A DNA stretch of 63,345 bases, filler included, from Collodictyon triciliatum (taxonomy: Eukaryota): the NCBI GenBank assembly GCA_043381765.1. It is 11 parts of 11 records of this genome, joined end to end, with 100 filler letters (N's around TTAATTAATTAA, not from the genome) between each part and the next. Parts side by side here need not be neighbours in the genome. Positions count along the whole stretch, not along the records: positions 31,241 to 37,386 come from JBHJMP010004678.1; positions 37,487 to 43,625 come from JBHJMP010004679.1; positions 43,726 to 49,869 come from JBHJMP010004680.1; positions 49,970 to 56,110 come from JBHJMP010004681.1; 7 more parts are not named here. One strand, given 5' to 3'. A program made the translations under genes and the position numbers. The notes below the pieces were generated by a model. It was not told the DNA's origin. It made no database searches and was given only the letters and a program-made list of their open reading frames with translations. Of this stretch, positions 37,235 to 53,100 are shown in pieces. Numbering within the stretch: the first letter of the stretch is position 1; each line of letters starts with the position of its first letter.

Positions 37235-39412
37235 ACTCGACCTCCCCTTTTTCTTATTTCTTTTCTTTTTTTTTTCCTTTTTCCTTTTCTTTTTCTTTTT
37301 TCTTTTTCTTTTTCTTTTTCTTTTTCTTTTTCTTTTTCTTTTTCTTTTTCTTTTTCTTTTTCTTTTTCTTTTTCTTTTTCTTTTTCNNNNNNNNNNNNNN
37401 NNNNNNNNNNNNNNNNNNNNNNNNNNNNNNTTAATTAATTAANNNNNNNNNNNNNNNNNNNNNNNNNNNNNNNNNNNNNNNNNNNNTTATTGCTTTTTTT
37501 ATTGCTTTTTTTATTGCTTTTTTTATTGCTTTTTTTATTGCTTTTTTTATTGCTTTTTTTATTGCTTTTTTATTGGGGTTTTTATTGGGGTTTTTATTGG
37601 GGGTTCGCCTCCGGTTCTCCATCTATGAGTTGGAGACGTTGCGATAAACAATCGATTTGAGGCCTTGTGCAATCATTGGTAACTATTGTATGCTTTTGTG
37701 TGTGAATGTTACGAGTTGTTTCTGCTTGATTGATTTGATTGCCTGTTTAAAGAAGAAAAAAAAAAGAATTCTACTTCATCAGACTAATCGTGATTTTCCG
37801 TATCGAAACCGTGGTGCAGCATGGGATACCAATTCACTCGATGTGTTACGTACACTGGTTCTTTGATACGAAAAGACCACGTGACTGTAAGATATACTAA
37901 TACTATGCTCGAGATTATGATTAATATACAAATATCAGTCTCCTACTCGAGTTTGCTCTCTAGCATACGCACCTTTGTCTCCCCTTGTATAGTTTAGCCC
38001 TGTGGCACTTCGAATCGAATGAAGGAGGGGGGAAAACATTCAGATATCAACATGCACAACTCGCACGAAATGAAAAGAAGAGAAAAAAGGGGTAAGATAA
38101 CACGTACAGTTTGAATTTATACAATAATAAAAAAAAAAAATCGATTTGAAGAAAGCGAATAGCCTTGATGCTTTTGATGTTGTTCACGAAATGGATTGCG
38201 AGGCACTCAGCTACAAAGTTGAAGAGGAGCGAGGCCAGCTGGCAGCCTTGGTAGACGCTGCTTTGTCTCTGCATTCTATCTGCAGGGCCGTATGCAGTCA
38301 TAATCCTGATTGTGGTGACCATAGCTGAGGGCCCTTCCACGTAAACCTGGTAAATTGGGTCTCGGCGCTCTGCCACGCCTCTTCTCTTGAAGATAGATGT
38401 TATCCGCGTGGGTGAAAAAGGCTGTCCTGTAAACCACTTTCTGTCTTTGGGGTTTTTAATCCCTAGCGTTCCGCGACAAAACGCCGAAACACTTGGTCTG
38501 TTTTTAGAGAGCGGGGGTAAAAAAAAACATATGTGAGAGTAACAACACAATCATCTTGTCCAATTACGTTTGCAGATATCTTTGTGTTGGCTCTAGTGTC
38601 TTCTCCTACTCGCGTTTGCTCTCTCCCATGCGCTCCCATCCCGCCCCTTTGTATGGCATAACCTCGCTACACTTTGAATCGAATAAAGGAAAAAAAAAAT
38701 CTTTGTGTTGGCTCAGTAGTGAGGATAATGGGTGCATCTGTGGCGATGGTTTCAGTCGATGTTGTTGCATATGCTTCCTCAAGGTGCATCCCTCGGATCT
38801 TTTGGTGATGATAATTTCTTTGTGATATTAATGGAGGTCACTAAGGCCTCCCCTATAGGAAGCTGTGTGCTTTGCGCAGCGCGACAAGAAAAAGAAAGCT
38901 TCAAGGGCTGATTGCCTTCCAGCCTCTTGCAATCCTTCCGTAAGAGCACCACCCGCCTTCGCACTTTGACGAATTGCAGAATCGAACCCACTGCGAGCTA
39001 CTTCCAGAAATGAGACATACCTGCCACAAATATTATCACATTTGGTATGATTGCTTGTATACAACTTGTTTCAAATATGGAAAATAATATAATATATACA
39101 TATTGGTTTCAAATTTTAATATAATTATCTATCTTAATACAATTCAATATAAAAAATTAACAAGCACTTGATTATATATAACCAAAAGCTTCCATGAATC
39201 CGTTACTGGCAGCCGCATCCAGCAAAGCGTTACAACCGCCAGGTGGCACCACGCGGAAAAATCCGTAACGGCCACATCACGCTATTTATAGCCCAGCTTC
39301 ATATATAGCCGGCTTCGCTTTGAAAATATCCTTCTCTAGCACATCACTCATTATCACAAAGCAACACAACCCAAGCCACGAACCAAGCAAGCAACACCTT
39401 CGGTACGCCTAA

Positions 39413-40840
<1,428 letters not shown>

Positions 40841-41128
40841 GCCTGCCTCTCCGGATGGCCGCAGTACATACGAGAACGCGTGTACGTGCCTTTTGACGTG
40901 AGATCCCAACCCCAAACCGTGCCCGCTTCGGTGGCAAAGGAGACCAATGCGTCCCGAATAAACATACCACACCTGGATGAAACCAAAACCGAAGGGCGTA
41001 GCGCGGAGCCGCCACACATCTTGACTGACTCCGAATGGGAGAACGTTTATATAAAAACCAAAATCCCCTGCCAGCTGTCAGGGGGTGACTGGGAACGAAA
41101 GTGACAGGTGACAGCGCGCAGGGTTTTA

Positions 41129-43418
41129 TCACTCTGTGGCGCCACTGATCAGCGCCATCAGGAAGCGGGCCTGATACGGATCGAAGCGGAAGGGGCTCTC
41201 CAGCAAGTCTCTGTACTCGATGCCGAGAAACTCGGCGCCTGTGACTCCGACCTCCCTGAAGCGATCCAGAATGGCCCGGCCCGCATTGTTGGCGTGGAGA
41301 TACGCGACAAGGCCGCCCGAGTCCAGGCCTTTGGGCCCCTGCTTGGCAAGTCCTTGAGGCTCCATCACGCGGGCCAGCTCCATGTCGACTTGGGTGGCGG
41401 TGATGCGCTTTTCATAAGCGGGTTCCCAGCACGCGCGAATCAGAGTCGCCAGCCTGGGCGGACAGGAGGCCGGGATGAGAAGGGAGTTGCCGGTCATGAC
41501 TCTGTGGCCGATTACGCGCGATTCAAGGCCTTCGTAGGGATACTCGCCGGCAAGCATCGACCACATGACGACTCCGAACGAGTACACGTCAGAGGGGAGA
41601 CCAGCGCTCTTGCCGTAGTCAAAGACTTCGGGTGCTGCCCAGTGTTTGGAGCAGATCAAACTGGAGTCTGAGTTGACCGAGACGCCGCTCTTGGAGACCC
41701 CAAAGTCTGACAGCTTGGCCACGCCGTTGACGAGCAGGATGTTTTCGGTCTTGAGGTCGCGGTGCTGGATGGGCGGGGTGGTGGTGTGGAGATAGGCAAG
41801 GCCCTGGATGATGTGCTTTCCAAACCTCATGGTCAGCTCGTTGCCCAGGGCCTTGACCCTTCGAATCAGCGAGCGCAGGTCGCCCCCGTCTGCAAACTCC
41901 ATCAGCATGAGCAGGTCGTTGCCCCGGTAGCCAAAGTCCAGGAGGGCCAGGATGTTTGGGTGGCGTAGGGCGAGCATCATGTAGCCTTCTCTCTCCGCCT
42001 CGAGCGACCCCAATTGCCGGGCCACGAGGGCATCCGAGATTTTCTTGACTGCGTAGTCTACCGACTTGAGAACCACCCGATATGCGGTGCCGAACCCGCC
42101 TTTGCCGAGAAAGTTTTCGGGCTTTTCAAAGTCGGTGGTGAGGATGTCGCTGTACATCCCAGGGGTGAATCTCTTTGGCCCTGTTGCTTCGGTGATTATT
42201 ATTATTATTATTATGTTCGTTCCAGAAAAAGTGCGCGTTAGTAGATAATATAGTAGTTACATGGGAAAGATATCAGGCTGGTGTCTATTTCTAAGGGAAA
42301 AGATTGGGAAGAATAAATCACGCAAATGGAAATATAAGTTATTTTTTTCTTTCTAACCAGAGATTGGCTGCTGCATGGGATAATTGGCAGTGGGGGATAT
42401 TAAGTTAGATTTTATCGTTCGAATACATAAAAACAAACAAACAAACAAACAAACAAACAAACAAACAAACAAACAAACAAACAAACAAACAAACAAACAA
42501 ACAAACAAACAAACAAACAAACAAACAAACAGTCTGAGTTAGTTGTTGGGATACGTTATCAATGGATGAATCAATGGATCATATAAAGCGAACTTTCTCT
42601 TTTTTCTTTTTACAGATACTTTTTTTTTAAGTAGTATTACTGGCTCGTACAGCTGCAGAGTCCTCAAAGCTTGTGCGATTGTTAACTTCATATCTCCCTT
42701 TTTCGGGTCCGTGTGATTGTTCCAACAAGGCAAGTTCGTAATTCCGCTGGGGGCTCTCTTAATGGTCACATTCCCGTTCAGTTCCATGTAGATGTATTCA
42801 AGATTGACCAGTGCTGTTACATGCTGCGGAAGTTCTTGTATCTGCGTTTATAGGGAGAGGGCTTATCAATACACGACCTTTTATCTTGCATCTATTTTCG
42901 ACCACAAGCGCAATCTTCAATGTGCTTCGCAAACATATTCATATATATGCAGCGATGTAATCGCATACCAAATTACCGCGAATACTCAGATGCTCGAGAG
43001 CTGTCAGGCAGGATATCTCCAGCTGCAGTGTTGCCAGTCGGTTCTCTCGAATGCTCAAGTCTTTGACCTTTGTCAAGCACGATATTCCCCTTGGAAGTGA
43101 CGTCAGGCTATTTCCTCGAGCTTCTATCCTTACAAGACTTGTCAACAGGGATATCTCTGAAGGCAGCGATGTCAGCTTATTTTCAGAGACGACTAGCTCC
43201 ATCAGACCCATCAACCGCATTATTTCTGAAGGCAGAGACGAAAGCTGGTTGTTGGAAAGGGACAATCGGACTAAACGGGTCAAGGCAAAAACACCGAGCG
43301 GCACAGACGTCAGGTTCTTGAAGGAGAGTTTCAGCGTCGTGCGGTTTCGGAGTGTGGCCTCATCCGGATCGCCGATCAGCTTTTGCAGGTCTTTGAGACG
43401 TGCAGGGTTGTCTGACAT
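41129..43418 (-). CDS. Leucine-rich-repeat + TKL-type protein kinase + SAM-like tail, spliced
   Basis: LRR exon with LxLxxNxLxSLPxEI repeats (42960-43418), a linker exon near 42650-42850, and a kinase exon (GKGGFG, YAVKK, HRDLKTEN, DFG, WAAPE, SDVYSFG). A helical C-terminal ~65 aa resembles a SAM domain. Confidence 0.8.
42430..42531. repeat. Intronic (AAAC)n
   Basis: Direct inspection. Confidence 0.95.
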
Positions 43419-43725
43419 TGTCACGAGGGGTTGGACCGGAGTCTGGAAACTGCGCGACTGGCGGGGCTGCGGTGGGTGAGGAAAACAGAGGCCGTGAGCA
43501 CTCTGGTGCGCTCCTGGAGCTTTATTTTTCTTTCTTTCCTTTCCTTTCCTTTTTTTTTTTTTTTTTTTTTTTTTGTTCGGGTGGTTTTTTTTTTTTTAAT
43601 GAAATAAAAAAAAAAAAAAACAAAANNNNNNNNNNNNNNNNNNNNNNNNNNNNNNNNNNNNNNNNNNNNTTAATTAATTAANNNNNNNNNNNNNNNNNNN
43701 NNNNNNNNNNNNNNNNNNNNNNNNN

Positions 43726-43841
43726 CATACATACATACATACATACATACATACATACATACATACATACATACATACATACATACATACATACATACAT
43801 ACATACATACATACATACATACATACATACATACATACATA
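43726..43841. repeat. (CATA)n
   Basis: Direct inspection. Confidence 0.95.
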
Positions 43842-43974
43842 AATTATTTACGCTGGCATGAAACAATTAAGCCTTGATTTATAACATATTGTATACTTCT
43901 CTTTTTATATAATTCGATTTTTCTATTCTGAAGTGATTTATGAATTCCATATATTATTTATACTCAAACATGTA

Positions 43975-45946
43975 CCTCCTGCTCCAAATATTTTCCTGAT
44001 AGTTCTACAATTCCACCAGCGCAAGCAAAGCTGTCAGCCAATTCCACCTCCGTGTTGCTCAGAAGGGTAAGCATGGCACCAAACCCATAGTAGCTCTGTG
44101 CTAAATCTGACATCACATAAAAATTTCAGTTGGATTTTAGATTTCATAAATAATGGTTTGTTTTTTTTGTGAATGAGTGATGACGTGAATAAAGCTATCG
44201 TAAAACCTTTTTTGGCCTTTTGCATCCCGAGACAAAACTGCTCTAGTTGTGTGATTTGGTCTTCAAACTCATTAATGTAAGCACCCATATCCGAAAACTG
44301 AGGCGATTGACGACGAATTTTTTTGCTTTTGAATGATGGTCGCTTCGTTTGTGTCACTTATTTAAATATTGAGTGTTGAGTTGGAAAGAAAAGAAGAAAA
44401 AAAGCGGTCCAAAAAATGGAAACAAAAATAATATGCTTTTTATAAAAGTATGAGAATATTCGAAATACCTGACGAATCTGGTAAGTCGCTAACTCGAGAT
44501 TGCTTAAGAGTTTCAAGGGCCTTCAATTTCGATGGGTAATTAGAATTTTGAATATACATTAAGCTTTATTGTTGAGAAGGTTACTATCATCGATAGATTT
44601 GGTTCTTTTAATAGCTTAAAGGTCTAACTTTTCAAGGTGTATGCGAGTACGTTTATAGATAATGAAATAAGATTTTTAATAGGAAAAATGGAAAAAGAAA
44701 AGAAGAAAAAAAGTCTTATGGGAAAATATGTGAATACAATCCACAAACCCATGACTTTGCTTCCAGGAATATATGCAGGTCGACAAAATACCGAAGTTTT
44801 GGATGCTGAGTTACTTTCGACAGAAACCTTCCTAGCATTCTTTTCCGCTTCGCAATGAATTCAGGCGAGAATCGATCGGCTGAAGGTTAATGTATTGAAA
44901 TATTAGCTTAGTGCGGTGAGTCCTCTATATATTTTCCTATCACTCAAAATATTATTATCCGTCGGTATGAAATCATCCCACGGCAAAAAAGTAACTTCCT
45001 TAATCAAGTAAATAATTTATTCTTATTAATATGCACCTGAAACTTGTTTTTCGGGAATGGGTGGGACAAACACAGTAGGGAAAACCTTTTGTAGTTGGCT
45101 CCGCAGCCAAAGAAAGTCATTGTATCTTCTGCGAACAGTAAATTCTTGTGTTGAAAAAACTGGCCAGTTCGTCTGCATATCGGTGTTTTTTATTTTCAGA
45201 AAATGAAAGTGACGTATATGACTGTGAAACAGGATATAGCAGAGAAATAATATATAAAAAGACTTATTTAAGTCTTTATTTTTCATTAAAGAGGAATGAG
45301 GGTAATGCGGCTTCATGGCGACAGAAATGTAACAATAAATACATGACTTTCAAATACATTTAAAAAAAATACGAATGTGTAATTTGTTGTCATTTTGTAC
45401 CTTCGTTTGTATCCCATATGTAACAAAGGAATTAGATACGGTAGACCCGTCATGTTTCTCTGCAAGAATGAACAAAGACACATTAAGTTCCTCATACCAG
45501 CGATTGAATAGAAACATGTTTTATAAATCCTAGTGGGCTTCTGCTCGTTTGTACTTTTGAAAGAAAATAACAAATATGATGCAGTTGCGGACAGGAAAGT
45601 AAATAAATGAGTAATAAAATATATACATATATGGGCCTTTATTGCATGCTCACAAACCGTAGTCAATGATGCTAACATTGATGAAAGAGTTCGGATCGAT
45701 GATCCACTCACTGCTCACATCAGTCTCTGCGTTCGAGAGAATACTCCAGCGCGGATGAAACTCCATCACGGAGCGGGAAAAATTCTTTGGATTTTCGGCA
45801 GCCAACTCCCTTGGCTCTTGGAGGTTTTGGCTGCTTTGTTCATCTGGCGAAGGCGTCTCGGGTTCGTTGGGCGGGGTTGTGGAAGCAGATTGCGCAGCAG
45901 GATTCTGTTCCTCAACCAACAGGTGCTCAGTGTGTGTCTCGTCCAT
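43975..45946 (-). CDS. PX(-BAR) sorting nexin (SNX4/7/30-like), 3' truncated
   Basis: FTVRRRYNDFLWLRSQL...FVPPIPEK and DRFSPEFIAKRKRMLGRFL..V.QHP, followed by a helical BAR-like start. Confidence 0.85.
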
Positions 45947-46297
45947 CTGGGTTGCATGTGGGTGTGGGTGTGGATGTGTTGGTAGATGAAGTTGCTTTGT
46001 GGCAGCGCGACTGGCAAGAGCGGCGATCTGCTTTGCCTTTTGTCTGCTCTTTGACAAGTTGACACTCGCGCTCCGGAAAACAGTTGCTTTTTGGCGTTGG
46101 GCATTGCGGTCGTTTGAAGTTCTTTGAATGTTTGTCGAGTCATTCGGTGGATTAGGGAACAAGCTTGAATGAAAGGATATCCGCGATTTAGGCAGTCTTG
46201 TGTCATTTGTGCGCGTAGAAGTCAACAAGAACTACTTTAAAAACATATGAATAATCATAAACTTAAAGATGTACGAATACATAAATATACACATAAA

Positions 46298-46405
<108 letters not shown>

Positions 46406-46686
46406 AACTAAAAAAATTTATTTGATGGCTGATTAAACGAGCAATCAAAATATGTAAACAGTACTTTTACTATAGAAGGTAAAAATGAAACCCATCCTGG
46501 CGTATGATACAATTACAAAAGGGAAAAAAAAAGAAAAAAAGAAAACATATAGAATTAAAATTTTTGAAAAATTATCACTCCCTCTCACAAAGTTTTTATT
46601 TCACTTGGCATTTCTTCCGCTATTTTTTTGATATTTTATGCAGCCTCGACCTTCTTTAGAAATTAAAATTAGCAAAGGAAAAGGTG

Positions 46687-49317
46687 TTAGAAATCGAGAC
46701 CCGCCCATTCAGATATATCATCCAATTCAACCACGATGACTGCTTCATCATTTGAGGCATCCTCATCACCGAGCCTCACAACTGCCTTTGATTTTTCCAA
46801 TGACTTTTCAATAATCTCACCAAGTTTGCCATTGTGTGTACCTTTCACAACCATGACTTCTCTGCCGACTGCAGGAATTACAGACTCGAGGAATTTTTCG
46901 CCGATTTCTAATTCACAAATGTTGAATAAATAAAAAGGTATATAAAAAGGAATCGTTGGGGCTACATGCCAGAGACATTGGATACATCAAAGGTACAAAG
47001 TTCATTTAAAAAAAACTATGTCTTAGAATACGACATCACAGAGATACTCTGACACTACCATTGATGTCTCTATCTCGTCATTGTGATGAATTAAAATAAA
47101 GAATACCTGGTATAAGATCTCCTGTGTCCATTTTCAATGTACAAACTTTAGGCTTAAGGATGTCCACAACAACACCTTTTTGTCTGAAAAATTTTCTATA
47201 GGGCCCTTTTTCGTCAACAACTCGAAGTCGAAGACCGTTTCGTATCCAAGAACTTTCCTTTCGTGATTCCTTCATTATTATTGTAAGGAGATATATAAGT
47301 AATAAAACACGAGGATAAATGAATTAACACATTCCGGCTTCGTAGAAACTTTGCTATGTAGATGTCAATACTTACATGTTTTTCACTTGGCTTTTTGGAA
47401 CTAGAAAGTGATTGCATGAGAGTCATAATATCAGAATCTGTATAAACGGAGAAGCATATTTAGTTCAATATGAAAATCGAAAAGTTAAACAAACGCGTAC
47501 AAGAGAATATATGGTGGTCTACCTTCAAGTCCTACCGCGTCGGTATAAATAAACTGACTCTTTTGAATTCTAATGTCCTAAAACAAAAAAAACGTGTTTT
47601 AAAATCTTTATGCACATGTTTCTCTATAGATACAGAGAATTAACCCAGTTTTGAAAAGAAAGGAGGGAAATAAATCGTTGTTTTGAAATAACCAGCAAGA
47701 CAGAACCTCTCCATCAGATGTCACAATATGGTATCTATTATCCCCAAGACTTTTTTTGCAGGTTCCATTAAGTCCCTGGTATTGACCTTGAGTTATCAAA
47801 ACTGCGCGGTCAATCGACTTGGATGATGAATCTGCACTATATATATAACCATTAATTGCGTACAGTGTATGTGCATGTGTACGATTTTTATGGTATTATA
47901 TACAATTTAACATATGCTGAATAAAAGCTGCAATTAGAGAGAACCATACAACTAGTATCAAGCAATTGAATAATATTATGGTGAATGATAAATGCCTACT
48001 CCTCTCTGTTCCTATCGTTTTCCCTTCTCTCTTTGTCCCTTCTCTCTTTGTCCCTTCTCTCTTTGTCCCTTCTCTCTTTGTCCTTGTCTCGCTCTCTTTC
48101 CCTGTCCCTGTCCCTTTCTCTTTTCCTTTCCTTGTCCTTATCCCTTTCCCTGTCGTTGTCCTTATCCTTCCCCTTTTCTTTCGATTCTTCTTTTGACCCA
48201 GATTTACTCTGCACGAATGTATGTTAGCATGAAGATGGCATAATTAAAGAAAACATATATGAATTTATACCATCGAATATAAGCAAAACCGAAAAGAATC
48301 CTGCTGGATATATGATGATGGTGCGGACATTAATGATTGAATGGCAGTACCTTTTTCAACGAGACGGAACCGTCTCTCTTAATATCAAATAGGTCTGGAT
48401 TTGCTCCAAGACCCATTCTCCCAGCATGAGGTTTAATCACAACAGGCTTAGGTGCTCTATAAATGATCATTTGGTATTACAACAAGAAAAAACTTGCATT
48501 CTGCATTATGCTCAGTCGAAAGATGATCAAAATCCAGGATATAAAAAAAAAAACGAGAATGACTCAAGAACATATAATATCAAACGAGAAATAATAATGG
48601 TTATTTGTCCATTATCGAGGTTCCGATGATATTAATTTGTAATTATGGTTGTGACATTAATTTGAGAAAAGGACGTTATCAGCAGTTCAACCACTTTGTC
48701 GATACTGGCGACTGAATAAAGAGAAAAAAATGATAAACTAGTAAACAAAAAAAAAATAATATAATATAATATAAATATTAAAAAACAAAAAATTACTCCT
48801 TGTCCTTGTTCCTTCCAATAACCGCACCCTCTGAAAAAATCCCCATCCCTCGAAGAAGAGCACCGCCATACTCGCCAATGGGCATGTCCTCGTAATCATC
48901 AACACCATCTTCGTGGGGCAATGCTGCCAATTGCTCCTCATAGACCAGCCTTTCCCGATGTGATTGAGACATCGCCGGCTGCTTTCCGCGCTCTCTGTCT
49001 GTCTCGTCCCTGTTGTCTTCGTCGCCTTTCTTCCTATCTGCGCCTGTAGAGTCGGCGCTGATCTTGCGGGTGTTTCTGATACTCTCGATGATTCCTTGGC
49101 CAGTCTCCTTCACAGGGATAATCCGGCCCTGGCTTGAATCGTCCAAGCTTCTGCCGTCAAAGCCGGTGCTGTCGATGAAGCCCACGGAGACGCGCTCTTC
49201 TTTGCCGGCGCGAGTCCCGCTCCTGCGTCGAGAGTTTTGCTCGTCATCCTCCTCGTCGTTGAAGATGCTCAGCGCAGATGAAGCAGCTCGCCTCGGCTCT
49301 GGGCCTTTTTTCTCCAT
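46687..49317 (-). CDS. GPKOW: G-patch and KOW-motif splicing factor (GPKOW/Spp2/MOS2); start approximate
   Basis: YEDMPIGEYGGALLRGMG..EG..IGRN, GLGA, an RD/RE-rich exon, SWIRNGLRLRVV...KGVVVD and LESVIP..G..VMVVKG...GKLGEI. Confidence 0.88.
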
Positions 49318-49969
49318 TTCTGTTTTTGCCGTGTTTATTGGGCAACCCACGCGGCGCACGATGCTCAAGATGTCTGTTGTCTCGTGGGTGATATGGTGAG
49401 GCCTTGGCAAAAGCAACGCGGACTTGATGTTTGGGTGATTATCGTTGATGACAGGGCGAGAAAAGAGACAAAGACAAAGATAATCAAACCACAAACGCGA
49501 GCTTATCAATCAAAAAGGCTGGTGTGCGGTTCTTGAGATGAGTTGGGTAAAATTATGTCGCAATCTTTTATGATTGAAATATAATATTTTCCAGATTATT
49601 TTTTTAATTATGGAATATACAATAATTATCTTATAAATCATGAAGCTATTATTCAATTGGTATTGTAATATATATTTGCATCACACATCATCATAGGAGC
49701 ACAAATATGTGGCTTCTTCGATTGTAAACACAGGAGGTGTGTGTTGAAGCCACAAGCGAGAATTATATGCACCAGTGTCTGGTTTAGGCTGGCACTAAAA
49801 TTTCCACAAATATATAAATATTTGTCCAATTCAATAAAAATCATCTATCCTGATGTTCCAGATATATAANNNNNNNNNNNNNNNNNNNNNNNNNNNNNNN
49901 NNNNNNNNNNNNNTTAATTAATTAANNNNNNNNNNNNNNNNNNNNNNNNNNNNNNNNNNNNNNNNNNNN

Positions 49970-50013
49970 TAATAATCATAATAATAATCATAATCATAAT
50001 CATAATAATAATC

Positions 50014-50106
<93 letters not shown>
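49970..50106. repeat. (TAA)n with TCA variants
   Basis: Direct inspection. Confidence 0.95.
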
Positions 50107-50139
50107 TGCTGAGACATGGTTAAATAAAAGAAGGGTAAA

Positions 50140-53100
50140 CCTGGAATGTAAGAGTGCAGATCATTCAGTGGATTACGATTTTTCTAAATAATAGTTCAAA
50201 AGTTAATAGATGATTTCTGACATCCAATTATGCTAAAATCTTACGTCAAATCCACCATACACATAAATATGATTGTCGACCCGGCCACATATCGCCCCAA
50301 TAACATGACTATTTTCATTTGTACTCTTTTTTCTAGTCCACGTATTGTTATTTGGGTGTATATGATAGACACTCGAGTCTGGCACTTCAGTCCGTCCACC
50401 AATCATAACACCATAGGTATCCATTCCGATGAGACAGAACTGTATCCTTGGTCTAGGGATATCTCCAGAGAAATCATCTTGCTTCCAAACAGACTCAACT
50501 ATTAACCCATATATGTATTGAGTAATTCAGAAATAACGATAGAGAACACTATAGTATTATTTAATAGGTACTCACCCGGACTTGTCGTTGAGTAAATGGC
50601 AGACATTTTGTGATATTTTGAAAAATCATCGATATTGACCGATAGACTCCCACCAAGTGCAAATACGGTCGATCCTATAGAGCAGCCTCCACCGTACACC
50701 ATGGGAGGTAGTTCAATAGAGAGCTCAGCCATCTCACTTGGTCGTATCGCGCCGATGTCTATTTTTTTATGCGCGTATGTGTGTTTAGATGAATTTGAAG
50801 CAAAAAGGAAGTATTATCGAAATTCTTACCTAAAGTTTGATGTATTTTTGATTTCTGGTAAATGCAACTTGTCTGTTAAATTAAAATTAGGGGGAGTTTC
50901 TAAATGGGAGAAAATCAATGAAACGTGATACGTTATCGCTCATTAAAAGAATATCAGAATTTACCTGATTGCGATTCGGTTGTAAAGACATGCCAGGACA
51001 AGCTATGCAGTCTCCACGGAAATTAATATACCGGTTTTCGTCACAGTAGCACCCATCCAAATTTGCCAAAAAGCCTTTGTTACACGCTGTAATGATTGAT
51101 TTATTCAGAATAAAAGACTGCTTTTATTGAAAAAGAAAAGGAAAACGGATTGAGTATCCTTACAGAATAATTTCATAATGAAGCCTTGGTCTGGTTTAGC
51201 ATCAGAGGCTACGCGGAACCTCAGTCTGGAATTTGAGGATGGTATTTCAATCAACGAACTCTCGTTTCTCAAGTCAATTTGTACCTGAAATATCAATTGT
51301 TAAATCTCCTATAGTACCACGAAAGAAAAGAAATATAATCGACGAGATGCTTATTACTAAATTGGATAGCTGCGAGCCATAAGTAATATTCTTGTCGCAG
51401 CTTGATATTGTTTCAATGGTTAAATCTGCTCCTAGGCCCAGTTTTAGGTTCTCAATCTTTTAAATATTATAAAAGTTAATTTATTTTAGTAAAATCTCAG
51501 GCTGAATCAAGGAGACATGTATTATGGGTCAATTAAAGGAGTGTCGTTCTGAGCTTACCACAATATAGTTCGCATTACGGATTTCCCAGATGCAATTCGT
51601 ACCAGGGAAATAGAGAAAATCTCCACTCCCATCGCTTAAAGTCACGTTTGAGCTACTGATATATACAGTTCCATAGCACCATAGCTCGTCTGTCACAAAA
51701 TTATGAATAATTCAAAATATAAAACATGCAGTAAATAGTTGAATATGTAATTATTTAAAATTTAAAGTAAATATAAAAAAGTAAGACAGTTGTTCCGAAA
51801 AAAAAATTCACGATTTCATTTACACACATATTTCGTTACGAGTTATCATGAATATAAAACTGTATAGTTCTCAATAAGTTACCTATTCTCAATGAATACA
51901 CTGAATTCATGGATGCACCTCTGGAGTTCATTCCTCCAAATATGAAAATATGCCCAAAGGCAATAGTTGCCGAAGAATAAACAAGGGGTGGCGGTACTCG
52001 TGGCTGTTTTACAATCCTTTGCCACAATCGACTCTGAACTAGTAATCAAATATATAAACAACTTCTTAAAATTATGATTTTTTCCCAAAAAAACAACAAC
52101 TTGGTCTCGAGATTACCGTCATGAATCCAGAATTCATTCACCCGAAGACCTTCTTCGTCGATACCTCCATAAAGAAACAAGCTAGTGGAATATCCAATCA
52201 CCACCGGCTGGTCAGGTACTCCCAAGGGTACATTACTTATGTTTTTCCAAGCACTTAAACCTAATAATCGTAGAAGTTTAGATGACTTTAATTGACTTTA
52301 TGTAAATAGTTTCGAGTGGGCTTAATCGACTAAAACTAACTTTCATCGAAACAAAGTATCTCCCTTTGTCTTTCGACAACGATATACGTATTCACGAAAC
52401 AAAAATCAGTATTTATTATTATTCCTTTTGTCCCATCTAAGAATTTAGTTTTTGAAGCGATTTTTCTGTTGGAAAAGCTTTCTGATCTCATATCAAAAAC
52501 GAGTATGGACTCTTCAGAGGCGAAGCCATCAGATGAATTCCTTCCACCCCATATGTAAATTGTAGAACCTTTCGCTACATTCGTAGTCGAGAATCTCATA
52601 TAGTGTGAGAGAAAAAAGGGAGCACATTTGCAATCTGAAGACCATAATCTTGTTTCTAATTTGGTTGGTTCGAGTCAATAAATATAATTTTTTTTTCTCA
52701 AAACGAATCCCCTGGTTTTTTTTTTTTTTTTACAAACCTATGGAAAATTTTCTGAATATCAATCCGCTGTGTCCTTCATAGAATCCCCCAAGGAGGAAGA
52801 ACGTATTGTTATAATAACTGAAGGCCTGTCCATTATTTTTAATAAAAAGAAGAAAATATTTTACCCACACAGTTTACTTGTTTTAACTTATGTAAATACC
52901 GACGGCATGTTGAACTGCAGGTGCACAATTCATATCGCTCGGTCGACATATAGATTCCTCACACATTTTGATCCATTTTTGTGTAACTGTAATTGAATAT
53001 GTCAAGGTCTTACATAGGAAAACATTTCACGTACATGAGGAAAAATAAGATTAGAAAAAAAAAGCATCCAAAAAAGAAATAACCTGTAACATAAACCCAC

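Noticed and set aside
37780-38550. Possible small gene upstream of alpha-tubulin
   Set aside because: There are short open frames on both strands with no recognisable motif or consistent exon chain.
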